Shown: positions 24,614-37,201 of the stretch, piece after piece
Numbering within the stretch: position 1 is the first letter of the stretch
How the letters are laid out: every line of letters starts with the position of its first letter
Source of the DNA: Adineta vaga
Lineage: Eukaryota > Animalia > Rotifera
DNA: 64,000 nucleotides
Assembly: GCA_021613535.1 (NCBI GenBank)
Contig: CP075494.1
Coordinates: forward strand, 8,370,001 to 8,434,000
Reading direction: 5' to 3'
Notes under the pieces: generated by a model
Seen by the model: the letters and a program-made list of their open reading frames with translations, nothing else
Told to the model about the DNA's origin: nothing
The model's database searches: none
Position numbers and translations under genes: made by a program

Positions 24614-26948
24614 ATGAATCCAATAACTCCTGAAATATCAACAACACCAATTAAACAATGTGAAAGTAGTACGGATAATCGTGGTTATAGTCGACATCTT
24701 GCAGATATTCCTGGATTTAATTATAAACACTATGAAAAACTCGATGATCATGAATCTACGCGACAAATATCCACAGCACCCAATACATGTACAAAGATAT
24801 CCGAAATATCGCCGTATACACATAAAATCGTTTCAATACCATCAACATGTTCGTCTACTTACCATCAACAACGTTCATCTGATGCAGAATTATTTGAAAG
24901 ACAACTATCTTTACTTGATCCAATGTCGGATCGTGTTAGTACTATACTTGTCTGGCAAAATTTGACTGTTCAAATTCGAGAAGATAATAGAAAAGAAACT
25001 TTTCAACGTATGAAATCATATAAAACTTTTGTTCCGAAGCGAAAATGTTTACTAAATAATATTAGTGGCGCAATAACAGGTGGTTTATGGGCTGTTATGG
25101 GTACGTTTGAGTAATATTTATAACAATGAAAAGAATTTTCCTATTCATTAATAGGTCCATCTGGTTCTGGCAAATCTACTCTTTTGAATACACTAGCTTG
25201 TCGATTAGATGTCAACACAGTTGTTGAAGGTGAAATGCGTCTCAATGGTGCACCATATGATAATGCTGAATTGAAACGTATTGCTGGTTATGTGATGCAA
25301 GACGATCTATTAAATGGATATTTAACTGTTGAAGAAACATTAACGTATACAGCTAAACTTCGTTTACCACGAACATTTACCGATAAACAAAGAAAAGAAC
25401 GTGTCGAAGATGTCATGGCTGATTTAGGTTTATCACATGTTCATGATGTTATTGTTGGTACACCATTAAAAAAAGGTATATCCGGTGGTGAACGTAAACG
25501 TGTATGTGTTGGTATGCAATTATTAAATCGTCCACAATTACTCTTTCTTGATGAACCTACATCGGGCTTAGATTCAGTTACTGCACTCGAACTTTTACGT
25601 ACACTTCATGCATTAGCTCATGGTAAATCACAAGAAAAAGCTGTAACTATTGTCTGTTCTATTCATCAACCACAATCAAAAATATTCAATCTATTCGATT
25701 CATTGATTTTACTCAAAGCAGGAAATGTTATCTATCAAGGACCACGCAAACAAGTGATGGTAAAGTACTCTACTTTACTAAGATGAAATCTTATTGTTCA
25801 TATGTTACATTTTAGGACGTATATCGTACAGCTGGTTTTCCATGTCCATTGTACACAAATCCAGCTGATCATCTATTAGATGTTATTACACCACCAAAAA
25901 GTAATGCACTTCTCGGTGGACAGATAATTTCTCTTCAACAACAAGCAGCAACCGATGCTGCTTTAATAGCTGCTCAAATTCCTATTGATATTGATTTAAG
26001 TATGGGTGGAGATAAACGTCTTGTTCAAATGGCTAGTTTACCATTAAATCCAACTTGGATCAAACAAGTTCAAATACTTTTACAACGAAATTTTCAAGAA
26101 CAAATTCGTCGATCAAAAGTTATTCTTATTTCACTCATTCAGACAATTATTATGGCGATATTAATTGGAACGGCCTTTCTTAAAATTGGAAAATCACAAA
26201 CCAGTATTGTACGTCGTGAACCGGTGATCTTTTTCTGTGCTGTCAATCAAGGTGTCTTTGGTGCATTGATGGTTATCAATTCTTTTCCAGTAGAACGTGC
26301 ATTAACATTACGTGAACGTGCATCAGGAACGTATTTTGCTAGTGCTTATTTTACTGCAAAAATTATTGTCGATACACTTGTTCAAATACCTGTTCCAATT
26401 ATTTTCGTAAGTCAATGAAAATTCACAAATACAATTGAAAATAGTTCGTTTCGTTTTATTTTTTCTAGTCATGTATCGTGTATTTTCTGGTTGGTTTGGA
26501 TCCAACGATTGCAAAATTCTGTATCTTCAATTTACTTATGTTATTATGTTCGATTGCAGCAACATCATTGGCTTTGATGGTTTCTGCTATTTGTAAAACG
26601 ACCGATATGAGTGTGACTGTTCTTCCCATGGCATTGGAAGTGACACGTTTATTTGGTGGTTTCTTTTTGGCACCATCACGTTTACCAAAATATTTCGCAT
26701 GGCTCGATGCTGTATCTTATGTTAAATACACTTATGTTGGAGCTAGTTTAAATGAATTACAAGGATTAAAATTAACATGTACAGAAGCTGATCGAATGAA
26801 ACATTCATGTATTGAAAGTGGTGAACATTTTATACGTGATCTTGGTCTTGATTATATTAATATCATTGGATGTATTGGAGCATTAGTTGGATTTATTATT
26901 ATTTGCCGTCTCATAGCTTTTCTCGGTGTTCGATTTCTTAAACATTAA
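24614..26948 (+). CDS. ABCG (white-like) half transporter, copy 2; 3 introns at the same positions as copy 1
   Basis: GPSGSGKST, canonical ISGGERKR, LFLDEPTSGLD, SIHQP, ABC2 membrane domain. Confidence 0.95.
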
Positions 26949-27515
26949 TTCAATTTCTTTTCAATATTTCAAAAATTTCCCATTTTTTTCCTGTTTATAT
27001 TAGAATTATTGTTGAATCTGTTTTTCTTTTCATATATATAATTCAATTGCTTAAAATAAACGTATAATTCTTTTCATTTAACGAATGTCTAACATATTCT
27101 TCGAGAGAATCATCATCAAAAGGTTATCGGATTAAACATTCAGTAATCTGCGAATAAAGACATCATATGTTGAAAAGGATAAAAGATAACTACTACATCG
27201 TTAGATGAGTCATATGAGAAAGTAAAATCCTATACATATAGTGATGATTTTTACTAATATTTTCAAATAGTAATATTTAAGATCGTAATCAATATCATAA
27301 ATGTTCGAATGTGTTCCTATCTTTCTTCTCTTTGATGTATATATTTGACAACCGTGTAGAGTATAAACCTACTTCCTAGTGTTTTTGTATGAAAAGAAAA
27401 AAAAACGGAAGAAAATTTCGTCTGTTGATATAATATATAAATCTATACCGTATACGTTCTTGTCCTTAGTAAGATCATTATTATTATCTGCAAAGTGAAT
27501 ATTATATTCATCAAT

Positions 27516-28048
27516 ATGGCCGAATATTTCGATAATTCACAACCTAGTTATTCAGAATTAAGAACAACAATGCGAACACCTGAATTGAATTACTATCTGG
27601 TCATTCAGCGTATAATTCTATTTCTACCGATATGGATTCATCTAGAACATCTTCATCTACAACTTCAAGTAACGTAACTAATGGATATATACCACCATCG
27701 GAGAATTTTTATGAAGTACCTTTTGATCGTAATGAATGGTTGGTATCCGAACCGTTTTCAGGTAGAAAACGTCCTCCTCGACAAAACGAATTTCTTCAAC
27801 TTCTCCTAGAAAAGCCACATTATTCTTCGTACATAACTTGGATAAATAAAAAGGATGGTTTATTTACAATTCTATTGCCAACTGAAGTAGCTCGATTATG
27901 GGAGAAAGTCAAACATCGACAAACCAGTAAAGAAATGGATTATCAAACATTTTCCAGAGGTTTACGAGCATATTATACAAATGGAATTATGATTAAAACA
28001 TATAAAAAATATACATTCTGTTTCAATCAATCTATGACACCAGAATAA
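27516..28048 (+). CDS. ETS-domain transcription factor, copy 1; N-terminal frameshift at 27582-27591, ETS ORF intact from ATG 27632
   Basis: EFLQLLL...YITWINKKDGLF...EVARLWEKVK...MDYQTFSRGLRAYY is an ETS domain. Confidence 0.85.
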
Positions 28049-28496
28049 CGCATAATCGTTTTGAATAACATACTATTTCTTTTTTTTGTTTTTCTGGAAT
28101 GCGGATAATATAATCAGAAATTAATAAAATATTTTTTGTACGATGAAACTGAAAATCAATATTGAAGAGAAATTCTAATTCAGAAGTTAGCATCTGTTCT
28201 ACCTCTTAACGAAAATCGAAGTTTATGAAGAGCTTCCTGTATTTTGTTGAAAATTTAATAGAACAAAAAAGCAAGAATGACGCACGACATTTCTCTTTTG
28301 CTTTCTTTTTATTACAATTTTTATCTATCTATCTATCAATCTTATTACAAGCTTATTCAGTTATTTTTGTACTATCAGATATATGATTATTGATAATATT
28401 ACGAAAAAAAAAGAAACTTCCTCGTCTCAATCTATAAATATGCGTAGTCAACATTCGATAATTATATTTTATATTCATATAAGAATTAACGAACGA

Positions 28497-28943
28497 ATGT
28501 CCAACGACACTTCCTCATCTTCAACTATAGATCCTATAGATTTATTACTCGAAATGATTGATTCTGATTCACATTATCCTGATTCGAACATGCCTTGGAT
28601 CGATATCGATAGTAATGGAATACCATTCGGTTTGAATGAATGGTTAGTAAGAGATCCAGCGACTGGCAAGTTACGGCCTCCAAAATTATACGAATTTCTT
28701 CGTTTACTTCTCGACAATCGCCGTTATATTTCGTATGCATCTTGGTTAAATCAAGATGAAGGTCTATTTAAAATTCATAAACCAACAGAAGTCATTGAAC
28801 TTTGGCAAAAAGTTAAAGCTCGACAAACAAGTAATAACATGGATTATGATAGATTTTCTCGAGGTATTCGGCATTATTATGAAAGTGGAATAATGATTGC
28901 AACATACACTAAACATACCTATCGTTTTGCTACGAAAAAATAA
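28497..28943 (+). CDS. ETS-domain transcription factor, copy 2; start uncertain (upstream ATGs at 28383 and 28440)
   Basis: LYEFLRLLL...SWLNQDEGLFKI...EVIELWQKVK...MDYDRFSRGIRHYY; shares PFxxNEWLV..PP with copy 1. Confidence 0.88.
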   Translation: MSNDTSSSSTIDPIDLLLEMIDSDSHYPDSNMPWIDIDSNGIPFGLNEWLVRDPATGKLRPPKLYEFLRLLLDNRRYISYASWLNQDEGLFKIHKPTEVIELWQKVKARQTSNNMDYDRFSRGIRHYYESGIMIATYTKHTYRFATKK

Positions 28944-29513
28944 CTTTTTTTCATTTGTTAATATAACTGTATGTATTCTTTTTTTAATTTAAAAAAATAA
29001 AAAAAGATTCATTCGTACTTTTTTAATCGCCATCGATTATGCTTCATTTATTAGAGTAACCTCTCATAAGAACCATTCACAAACACCCTCAATTCACTTT
29101 TTACCTGGATCTTAAGAAGGACAGAAAATCCATAACTATTTGATGAGTCATTTGATCATAGCAATTGAAACAGAACATGATCATGTACAAAATCATATCG
29201 TACTAAAAATCACACAGAGTAAATCAATGTCAACCTAGGGTTTTTCGCTGCATGATTAAAGGAGTGCACGGATGGCCTACGAGAACATTTGTATGTCATG
29301 TCTCGTGTATTATTGGAGTTAAAATTTATGTATTCACTTTGTTTTCTACTTCTAATCATCTTATTAACAAATAAATAATTACAAAAAAAAATCAGAACGT
29401 TTCATCATAAAACAAAGAACATCATGATTATATATAGAGAAAGATTAACGAAGTAAAAACCAACAAATATATATATATAAAAACGTATGAACAAAAGACA
29501 AAGAGCTATAGAA

Positions 29514-30491
29514 TTACAAATAATTATAAAACATCCAATCATCTGTATCTTCATCGTAATCATCATAAGCGTCAGTTGTTGAATATGCAGCTAAATTCAA
29601 ATAACCATGAGAATGTTTATCTTTCTCAATGATATGTTTCCATTCACTTCGACAAAATGGACAGGTTACCGATTCGCCCATTGATAATTTAGCGTGACGC
29701 CATTTTTCAAAACAATTTTTATGAATATTATTTCCACATAATGTCGAACAAAATATTATATTCGTTTGTTCACCAAACATAGATTCGAAACAAATTGGAC
29801 ATTCATCTTCCGCTGAAATCGGTTTTTGTTCAATATCTTTTGAAATTAAGATAACATCAGGATCGCCTGTTTTCGCACGGTAAGCTTCACGAATCTAAAA
29901 GAATAAATATTTCAGAAGTTTTTGTATTTCTTTCTACAGATAATTACCGGTTGTTCAGCAAGAACGGATGAATCATGATTTTGTTCATCGGCTTTAGTAA
30001 AAATTTCGTATAATTCATTGGTTAACAATGCTTGTTGAAAAAGTAATGGTGAATGTCGATCAACTTTAAGTACTCGATGTAAAACAAAGATGATATGTTT
30101 ACATAAATGACCTTTGGCATAATCTGGACCTATTATGAAAATTCTTTGTTTTATTATAAACAAAAAAAAAACAATAAAACTTACATGTACATAATGGAAT
30201 ATGAGTAACTGTAACTGTATAAACATTAGCAGTTTGTCCGAGTACTTTATATTCTCGATGAATGAATTCATTTGTTGATTTACTTATCGCCAGTAAATAA
30301 AGACGTTGATTTAAAGCACGTTCAATACGATCATATATGGCAACAGTCATTGTTGCTCGATAACGACGAAGACGTTTTTCAGTTACTTTTTTTTGCCGTT
30401 TCGATGATGTTGGACTCGGCTCATTTTCAATAGATGTAGTATTATCTTGGGCATTTTTACGTTTCGTAGAAGCACGTTGTCGAAAACTCAT
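29514..30491 (-). CDS. SWIM zinc finger + RING finger protein (putative E3 ligase); 2 introns
   Basis: ERALNQRLYLL; CTC|PDYAKGHLCKHIIFVL (SWIM); ECPICFE...CGNNIHKNCF...CPFCRSEW (RING). Confidence 0.88.
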
Positions 30492-31349
30492 TATGTTCAA
30501 TATATGTACAATACAAGACGGATCGATATGAACAAAAATAATAAAAAAAACTAGAAACAATCGATTAAACCTAAACTAAACTAGCCGTCGAGTATGTATG
30601 AAAGAATGTTTCTGATTCTATTGCATTGTCTATTCTTTGAATAGAAGTTATACTTAAACAAAGTTAACTATTTAGACGAAAGATGACGCCAGTCATTATA
30701 TGTTCTAATCATATCGGTAGAATATTTGATTCAATATCTACGCTTTGTATATATATATTATAGAAACCTTTTTTGAAAATAATTCTGATTCAATTATAAT
30801 TCGTAAGATTTCGAATGCCTAGAATTTGATAACGACATTATGAATTCGATGTTTATAACGATTCTCTATTTTTTGTAGTAAAAACTGTTTAAAAGGAAAG
30901 TATATCACAAACAAAAGTAATGAAACCAATCTCAGACAAAGCTGAAACAAAGTTTATCATGAATTTTCATTAGAAAAGAGTTAGTTATAACTATTCGTCA
31001 TCGATTGGTATCATTGAGATTCGATCATTATTTCAAATGTTAACAAACAAATGTACTAGCTTTTTCACTGGACAGAATGAAATCGATGAAGAGTAAATAT
31101 ATAAGATGAAGTAAGTTAGTATGTCATCGATTTTGACAAAGAGATTGTGCTTCCATCTATTTAATTTAATAATGAAACAATTGTTTTTAGTTTTTAAAAT
31201 ACGATCTTAGAAAATCTTGTTGTTATTTAATGAAATGATTTTCCTAAATCAGTTTTCATTTTTATAGAGTCTTCTGTTGAGCATTGCTTAGTGCATGTCA
31301 ATACTCATGGCAATACTTGACATTCTATTGAATAATCAATTCTAATCAA

Positions 31350-32822
31350 ATGGGAGCTATTTTGAATACTCTTCCCTTAAAGGATACGGATAATTTAACA
31401 AATTTATCACCAAATCGTGCTGATTGGTTAACATCGCATGCTGATGCAACAGGACTTGCAGTTGTGGAAGTTGAACGATTATGGAATCGTTTTAAACAAT
31501 TAACAGGTTCACATGAACAAACACATTTGTATCCTGATAAAAATGCATTACCCAATGAATTATCTAATGACATTTTTGTTAAAAATGTAAGTTTAACAAT
31601 GATTCTTCTAATTCAGATTATATTTGCTTAAACAGTAATGATAGTTGAGAGTTTGTGGTGTAGATTTATTTCAGTCTATAAACAAGAGAATAAAATCGAA
31701 AAAGGTTAACAAAACAAATAAAAGTAGAGTATGATTGAATTTCAGAGTTTTTCTTTCTGAAGTATTCTTCAAAATTCACAACGAACTTTCGAAAAAAAAA
31801 CATACTCTCTAATGTGCCAAAATACTTGATTGTACTTTTCTAAACAGTACATGACTAAACATTATCGTAGTAATTCAAGTTGAGAAAATTCAATTGGTTT
31901 TAAACCACATAGTTCATATCAATGAATTTTAGCTTTTGAAACATTTTCCTCGATCAAAAGCAGATCCGAATAGTATTCCCTTTGGATATTTCTTACTTGT
32001 TATGCATTGGTTTGATGAAGCAACGGTTAACGATAAATTATCTGCTCTATTCATCTATCTGAATAATGGTGAACCAATTGATGCATCAATGATCGGAAAA
32101 CTTTTGAAACATGTTTATCGAGAAACGAAAGAAGTATGTATTATATGTCATCAACAAATAAGACAACACGATTCATCTTTATCTTTTTTTTAATCAAATT
32201 TTCAAAGGAAGATATTCGATTAATATCATATCAATTTATGCAACAATTGGGATCAACTGATCAAGGTAGAACTTCAACATATAAAAAATAAATGAATCAA
32301 TAGAATGTTTTGTAGGTCGTTTAAATATGACACAATTTATTGCTGGTGTTCAACGATGTTTTTCTCCAGGTGAACTTGAAGAACTGCTCAAATTTGAAAT
32401 TATACCAGGTCATATTCTCGAAGAAGCCAATGCAATACCTTCACTTCAATCATCTTCAACAAATGTTCGCGATCATCCTGGTTTTACTTCGCAGGATCTT
32501 GTGAGTGAAAGTCATTTAAGACAGTTAGCCTATCAAGCATCTCGTCGTAATTGGACAAAACTAGCAGTAACACTTGGTTTTCTTGAATATGATATTGAAG
32601 CATTTATAGCTAAAAATAACAATGATTCATCAGCAGCAGTAAGTTTCATCTAATAATTATGATTGATGAAGACAATGGTTAAAAATGAATTTTGCTTTTA
32701 TATAGTTACTTGAATTATTACAAGTTTGGCGTGAACAAGAGGCTGGACTTGCAACGAAAAGACGATTGAAACGTTGTTTAGAACAAGCTGATTTACAAGA
32801 TCTTGCTCCGATATTGAATTAA
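31350..32822 (+). CDS. Degenerate calcineurin-B/CHP-like EF-hand domain fused to a C-terminal death domain; exons 31350-31586, 31933-32133, 32208-32265, 32316-32638, 32706-32822
   Basis: TGLAVVEVERLWNRFKQL, ELSNDIFVKNLLKHF, DKLSALF and DQGRLNMTQF follow the CNB/CHP helix pattern. RRNWTKLAVTLGFLEYDIEAF...LLELLQVWREQEAGLATKRRLKRCL is a death domain. Confidence 0.78.
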
Positions 32823-33064
32823 AATTTATAAACAACTGAATCTTTCGATAATGAGATAAAACATTCATCAATTGATGAGAAAATAGCTTTTATTTGTATG
32901 TCATTATTTATGTATTATCAGCAATTGAATGTGCTTTTTAATTATAATTAATATATGATATCGTTTTTATTGAATAAGAAAGAAACAAATAAACGCGATT
33001 CTTTCCAAAGTTCATTTGATATTTTTTATATGAAAACTACGAAAAAATAAATAAACGAGAATGT

Positions 33065-36000
33065 TTAATCTGAGTAAGAACTACTCTTTTCTTGTTGTTC
33101 TCGTACTTGTTGCTGTAATAAATACAATTCAGGTGCATACTGTTTGACTTGTTCGAGTATAACACTAGATTCTTCTCCAGTTTCAACAATAAAATCATAT
33201 GGACGATCAGCAGTAGAAGCAGGTCGAAAGATAGCTCGTTCAATGATTCGAGTATTTTGATTTATATTTCCGTCTGATTTCGTTTCTGTTAGTCTACCAT
33301 TTAATGAAGCTGATGATCTATTAGATAGCCTCGATAATTTTCCATTCAATTCTTTAGATATCGATGTTGCTGGAGTTGTAATTGGCATAAATATAAGTTG
33401 CGGAACGTTTTTTGCCGGCGTAGGTGTTACGATTTGAGTTGATTCAGATGTCGCTTCAAGAACATTATCAATTTCAATTAGAAATTGAGTATAAACACCT
33501 AATGGTAGCGTTAAACCACGATATCGACTACGTAACTCATCATTTAATTGCGCATGAACACGGCTAGGCTTTTTTTGACATATTCGATAAAATCGTAATA
33601 AACCTCGACCAGTCATTGAGTCACATAATGGCATCATTAGAACCAAATTATAATCAAATAGAAAATCTAAGATATCTTTCTTCTTCCAATTATTGATTAG
33701 TGTTGAACGATAAGTTGCATCTCTCGTATCACGTTTAGTATATTCTTGAGGAAGATATTTTTGATAGTTTGCATTGATAAGCAATGGCGTTTGGGACAAA
33801 GGTGTCATGGTTAAGAACGATTTCTCGAACTAGACCGCCAGGAAAGTTGCTGTTCTTTATCAACAAGAACAGGTTTATCAGTTGAAGTTAGTGTTCGAGA
33901 ACTTGTGCGTACAATTTTTGGTTCATCTGATTTATCAATGACATCAGCAGCAAAACGAAGGACATTTTGTTCCAAAATCTTTGGTTCTGTTGATGATTTT
34001 GATGATAGCTTTCTCTTATCAATTGACTTCTTTTTACAGTATTGACTGATTTTTTTAATCACTATTTCATTACTTCGTGTCAAATCATTGACGTCAAACT
34101 GAATCAACGCACTTTTGTCAATCATCGACATCAACCAACTATTCATCTCATATCCTCGTTCAACAATCAATGGAACAATGATTCGTTTAGAATTAGATGC
34201 ATATACACTTTCACATACACATTGATTATCTCGTTCATACCATTTCGATAAACAAACTATCACCACTGTCGATTTGTTCATTGCTTCGCCTATATTTTCC
34301 ATATCTACAACAAAAACAGTAACAACAACAACATATTTCTATTCCATTCTTTCATCTACTCACTTTGTCGTTGAAGAATGTCACGATCAATCCAAACTGT
34401 GTAACCTTCATTTGTCAATGCTTCTTTCACTTTACTAACAATATCTTTATCTTTCACTGAATATGATATCACTACATCATATTTGCGCTTTTCAGTCATC
34501 GTTCTCGAAGTGTTCACACGAAATTGAGATTCTACAAAGCATAAATGATGAATCGTATGCAGAGAATACATGATGTGATCTGACTTACCTTTGAAAAGAG
34601 TCCAGAGAAGACCATTTGCCATTTTATAGATGGTATCAACTACTGCTTCATTCCATGAGATGAGATCATCTTCCGAAAGATGACTTGATTGATAAGAACG
34701 ATCACCATTGGTATGATTGTTCTTGTCTGATAGTGATGAGGTGATACTTGGTTTGGGTATGCTTTGCAGTGAGTGAATAAATTGTGAGTTGTCACGAAGT
34801 TGTTGAGATAGCTGTTGATCAAATGATAATGTCCAGAGAGATTCTAAGATGAATTGTTTGGCCAGTCCAGTTAGTTTGTGTGAAGATTCGATGAGAAAAG
34901 GTAATGCATTTTGTTTGATGATTTCATGTTTGACGTGTTCATGTCGAACGAGACCTATTGATTATATGTTAGAAGAAGAGGAAATGGTAATGACAATGAG
35001 AGATGTATGTTAAATTACCTGTTAATGTTTCTGTAAGTTGTAGAATATTTCGATTGATATATTCTGAATTGTTTTCCGACTGATCATTTGCTTCATCAGT
35101 AGATCGAACTGCTTTGTAGAGCGCAGAAAGTATAGTAAAGAGTAATGGTGTCAAATAGTCGTCTAAATGTTTAATATCATTTTCATCAATTGAATAAGCA
35201 AGTATTGTATATGTATTTGTAATAATAGTTTCACAAGGCGTCGATAATAATCGTCGAAAGGTCATCGTCGGTTTACACTGTTTAATATAATCAAGGGCAT
35301 CCGGTTCTCGCACTAAGACATTAATAACCTGTAATGCCGCATCAACTAATAATGATTCAGAATTATCCGGTATTTCACGTATTTGATTTATTAATGTTGA
35401 TTCATTAACAAGACGTAAAAGATGATTGATAAGTGTTTGAAGTAATTCATTACTTAAAAATGTTAGAAAATAACCTTCAGCAAAGACGAGTATCGTAAGC
35501 AAATGATATATAGCAAGTTTTACTGGTCGACGCCATTTCTTGATTGTTCGGATATGTGTATCAAGTATGGACACATAACGTGGTAACATGACTTCCAGAA
35601 CTTGTTCAATCGTCTTTTCTATACGTGGACCTAAAAGACATCAGGATAGATTAGAAAAAGTGCGTAATTATATCTACCATTGTAAGATGTAAGAAAATGA
35701 GGACATCGAGTCAATAATAGTTTTTGATATGAATGAAATACTGATGAATTTGGTTTTAAATCTTTGAAAGTGTATACATAATTGGCTGATGTCAAACATT
35801 TAATAGTCGGATGAAGTAAACGAGAAAATAAACTATTATGTTGATTAGCAGGCAAACGTTCTTGTAGATCAATAAACATGTCCAATAAACGTGCAATTTG
35901 TTTAATGAAAAGATGACTTTGATCAGCTTTTGATATTCTCTCTATCTGATACAAACAATTGCCGAGTGCATCAAGAAATGCTTGATCAGTTATCCAATGT

Positions 36001-36404
36001 AAAAGTTTGGAAACATCATTAGTTTCTGTTACTAAATATTCAAATAATAGAATAGAATTTCGTAGAACATAAGTTGCCAATTGATTTAGTTGATAATTTG
36101 TATGTAGTGCTTGGAGTAAACTTTGGATGGAATTACGAACAAGAATAAAAAAGTAATTAGAAGTCACAGAAAGCAATGATGGTGGTGAAGTAGCATTCAA
36201 TGCAAGAATAATTTCATTTAAAGAAGTGAAATATGTTTCAGAATGCGATGTAGTAGCATTTAATTCACGAACAAAATCATCTAATATAGATGATAATTCT
36301 AGAGAATCAATGTGTATTGTTTTACGTCGTATGGTTGAACAATGAGCAGCAATAAGCAGTGAAACAGGTGCAGGTTGATAATCAAAGTCCGACTGATTTG
36401 TCAT
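33065..36404 (-). CDS. ARM-like helical region + TIR + SAM protein, copy 1; 4 introns; apparent frameshift near 33811-33830 before the SAM domain
   Basis: TIR: YDVVISYS...VWIDRD...IGEAMNKSTVVIVCLSKWY...CVCESVYA...IVPL. SAM-like: NNWKKKDILDFL...MTGRGLL. ARM-like: LESLWTLSF, MANGLLWTL. Confidence 0.82.
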
Positions 36405-37201
36405 TATTTCCTTTGTTCAAATCGAAGGATAAGACAAATGAGAGGAGAAAAAAACGTGTATTTATGCGCTAAGTTAAGCAATCAAATAAACTTATTTTTA
36501 TATTCATTAGAGTGATTAATCTGATAGCCTCGAAGCAAGATAACCTTGATTTATAGAAGAAGCCGTGTAAAACAGAATCTAATGAATGTATCAAGCGTAA
36601 CGATATATGTATGTTCAGAATATTTTATGCATATCTCTTTGTCTCATCATAAGAACATACTAATAACATATGTCAATCATTTATCTTTACGTAGACTATG
36701 TCTGTAGTTTGTGTCTGATGGCAAGGATACTCAAAACATAGTTTGTAATGACAAAATCTACCAAGTCTACTAATATCTATGACGTATACAGAGAGTGTAT
36801 TAATGAAATAAATATAAGAAAATGTTGTTCATTGTTCATCTTTAACATTTAATGGCATGTAACAGATGTAGAAGAGAAATAAATACAATCTTGTTTCTTT
36901 TCTCGCTTTCCTTGTACTCTTATTTACAATTATTGTAGTGATTTTTTCTAGATAAATCTGTCTAGATAAAGAAGATTAATTTTTATAGTCTATGAAAACA
37001 TACTTTATTGATTTCTTTTCTTTTACTATAATCTACTGAAGTTCTATCGCATTCAAATTCATGTACTATGATTGATATCGAGCATTAACATTAAAAACAA
37101 GTCTCATTGTATCTTTTCTTTTCTCTCAATATTCATCTCTACTCATATTCTCACCAACAAGACAAAATTCATCTGTACTGATAGATTCTAATATACGTTA
37201 A

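Noticed and set aside
29225-29290. GC-richer patch with TTAAAGG resembling a DNA-transposon end
   Set aside because: No matching opposite terminus found.
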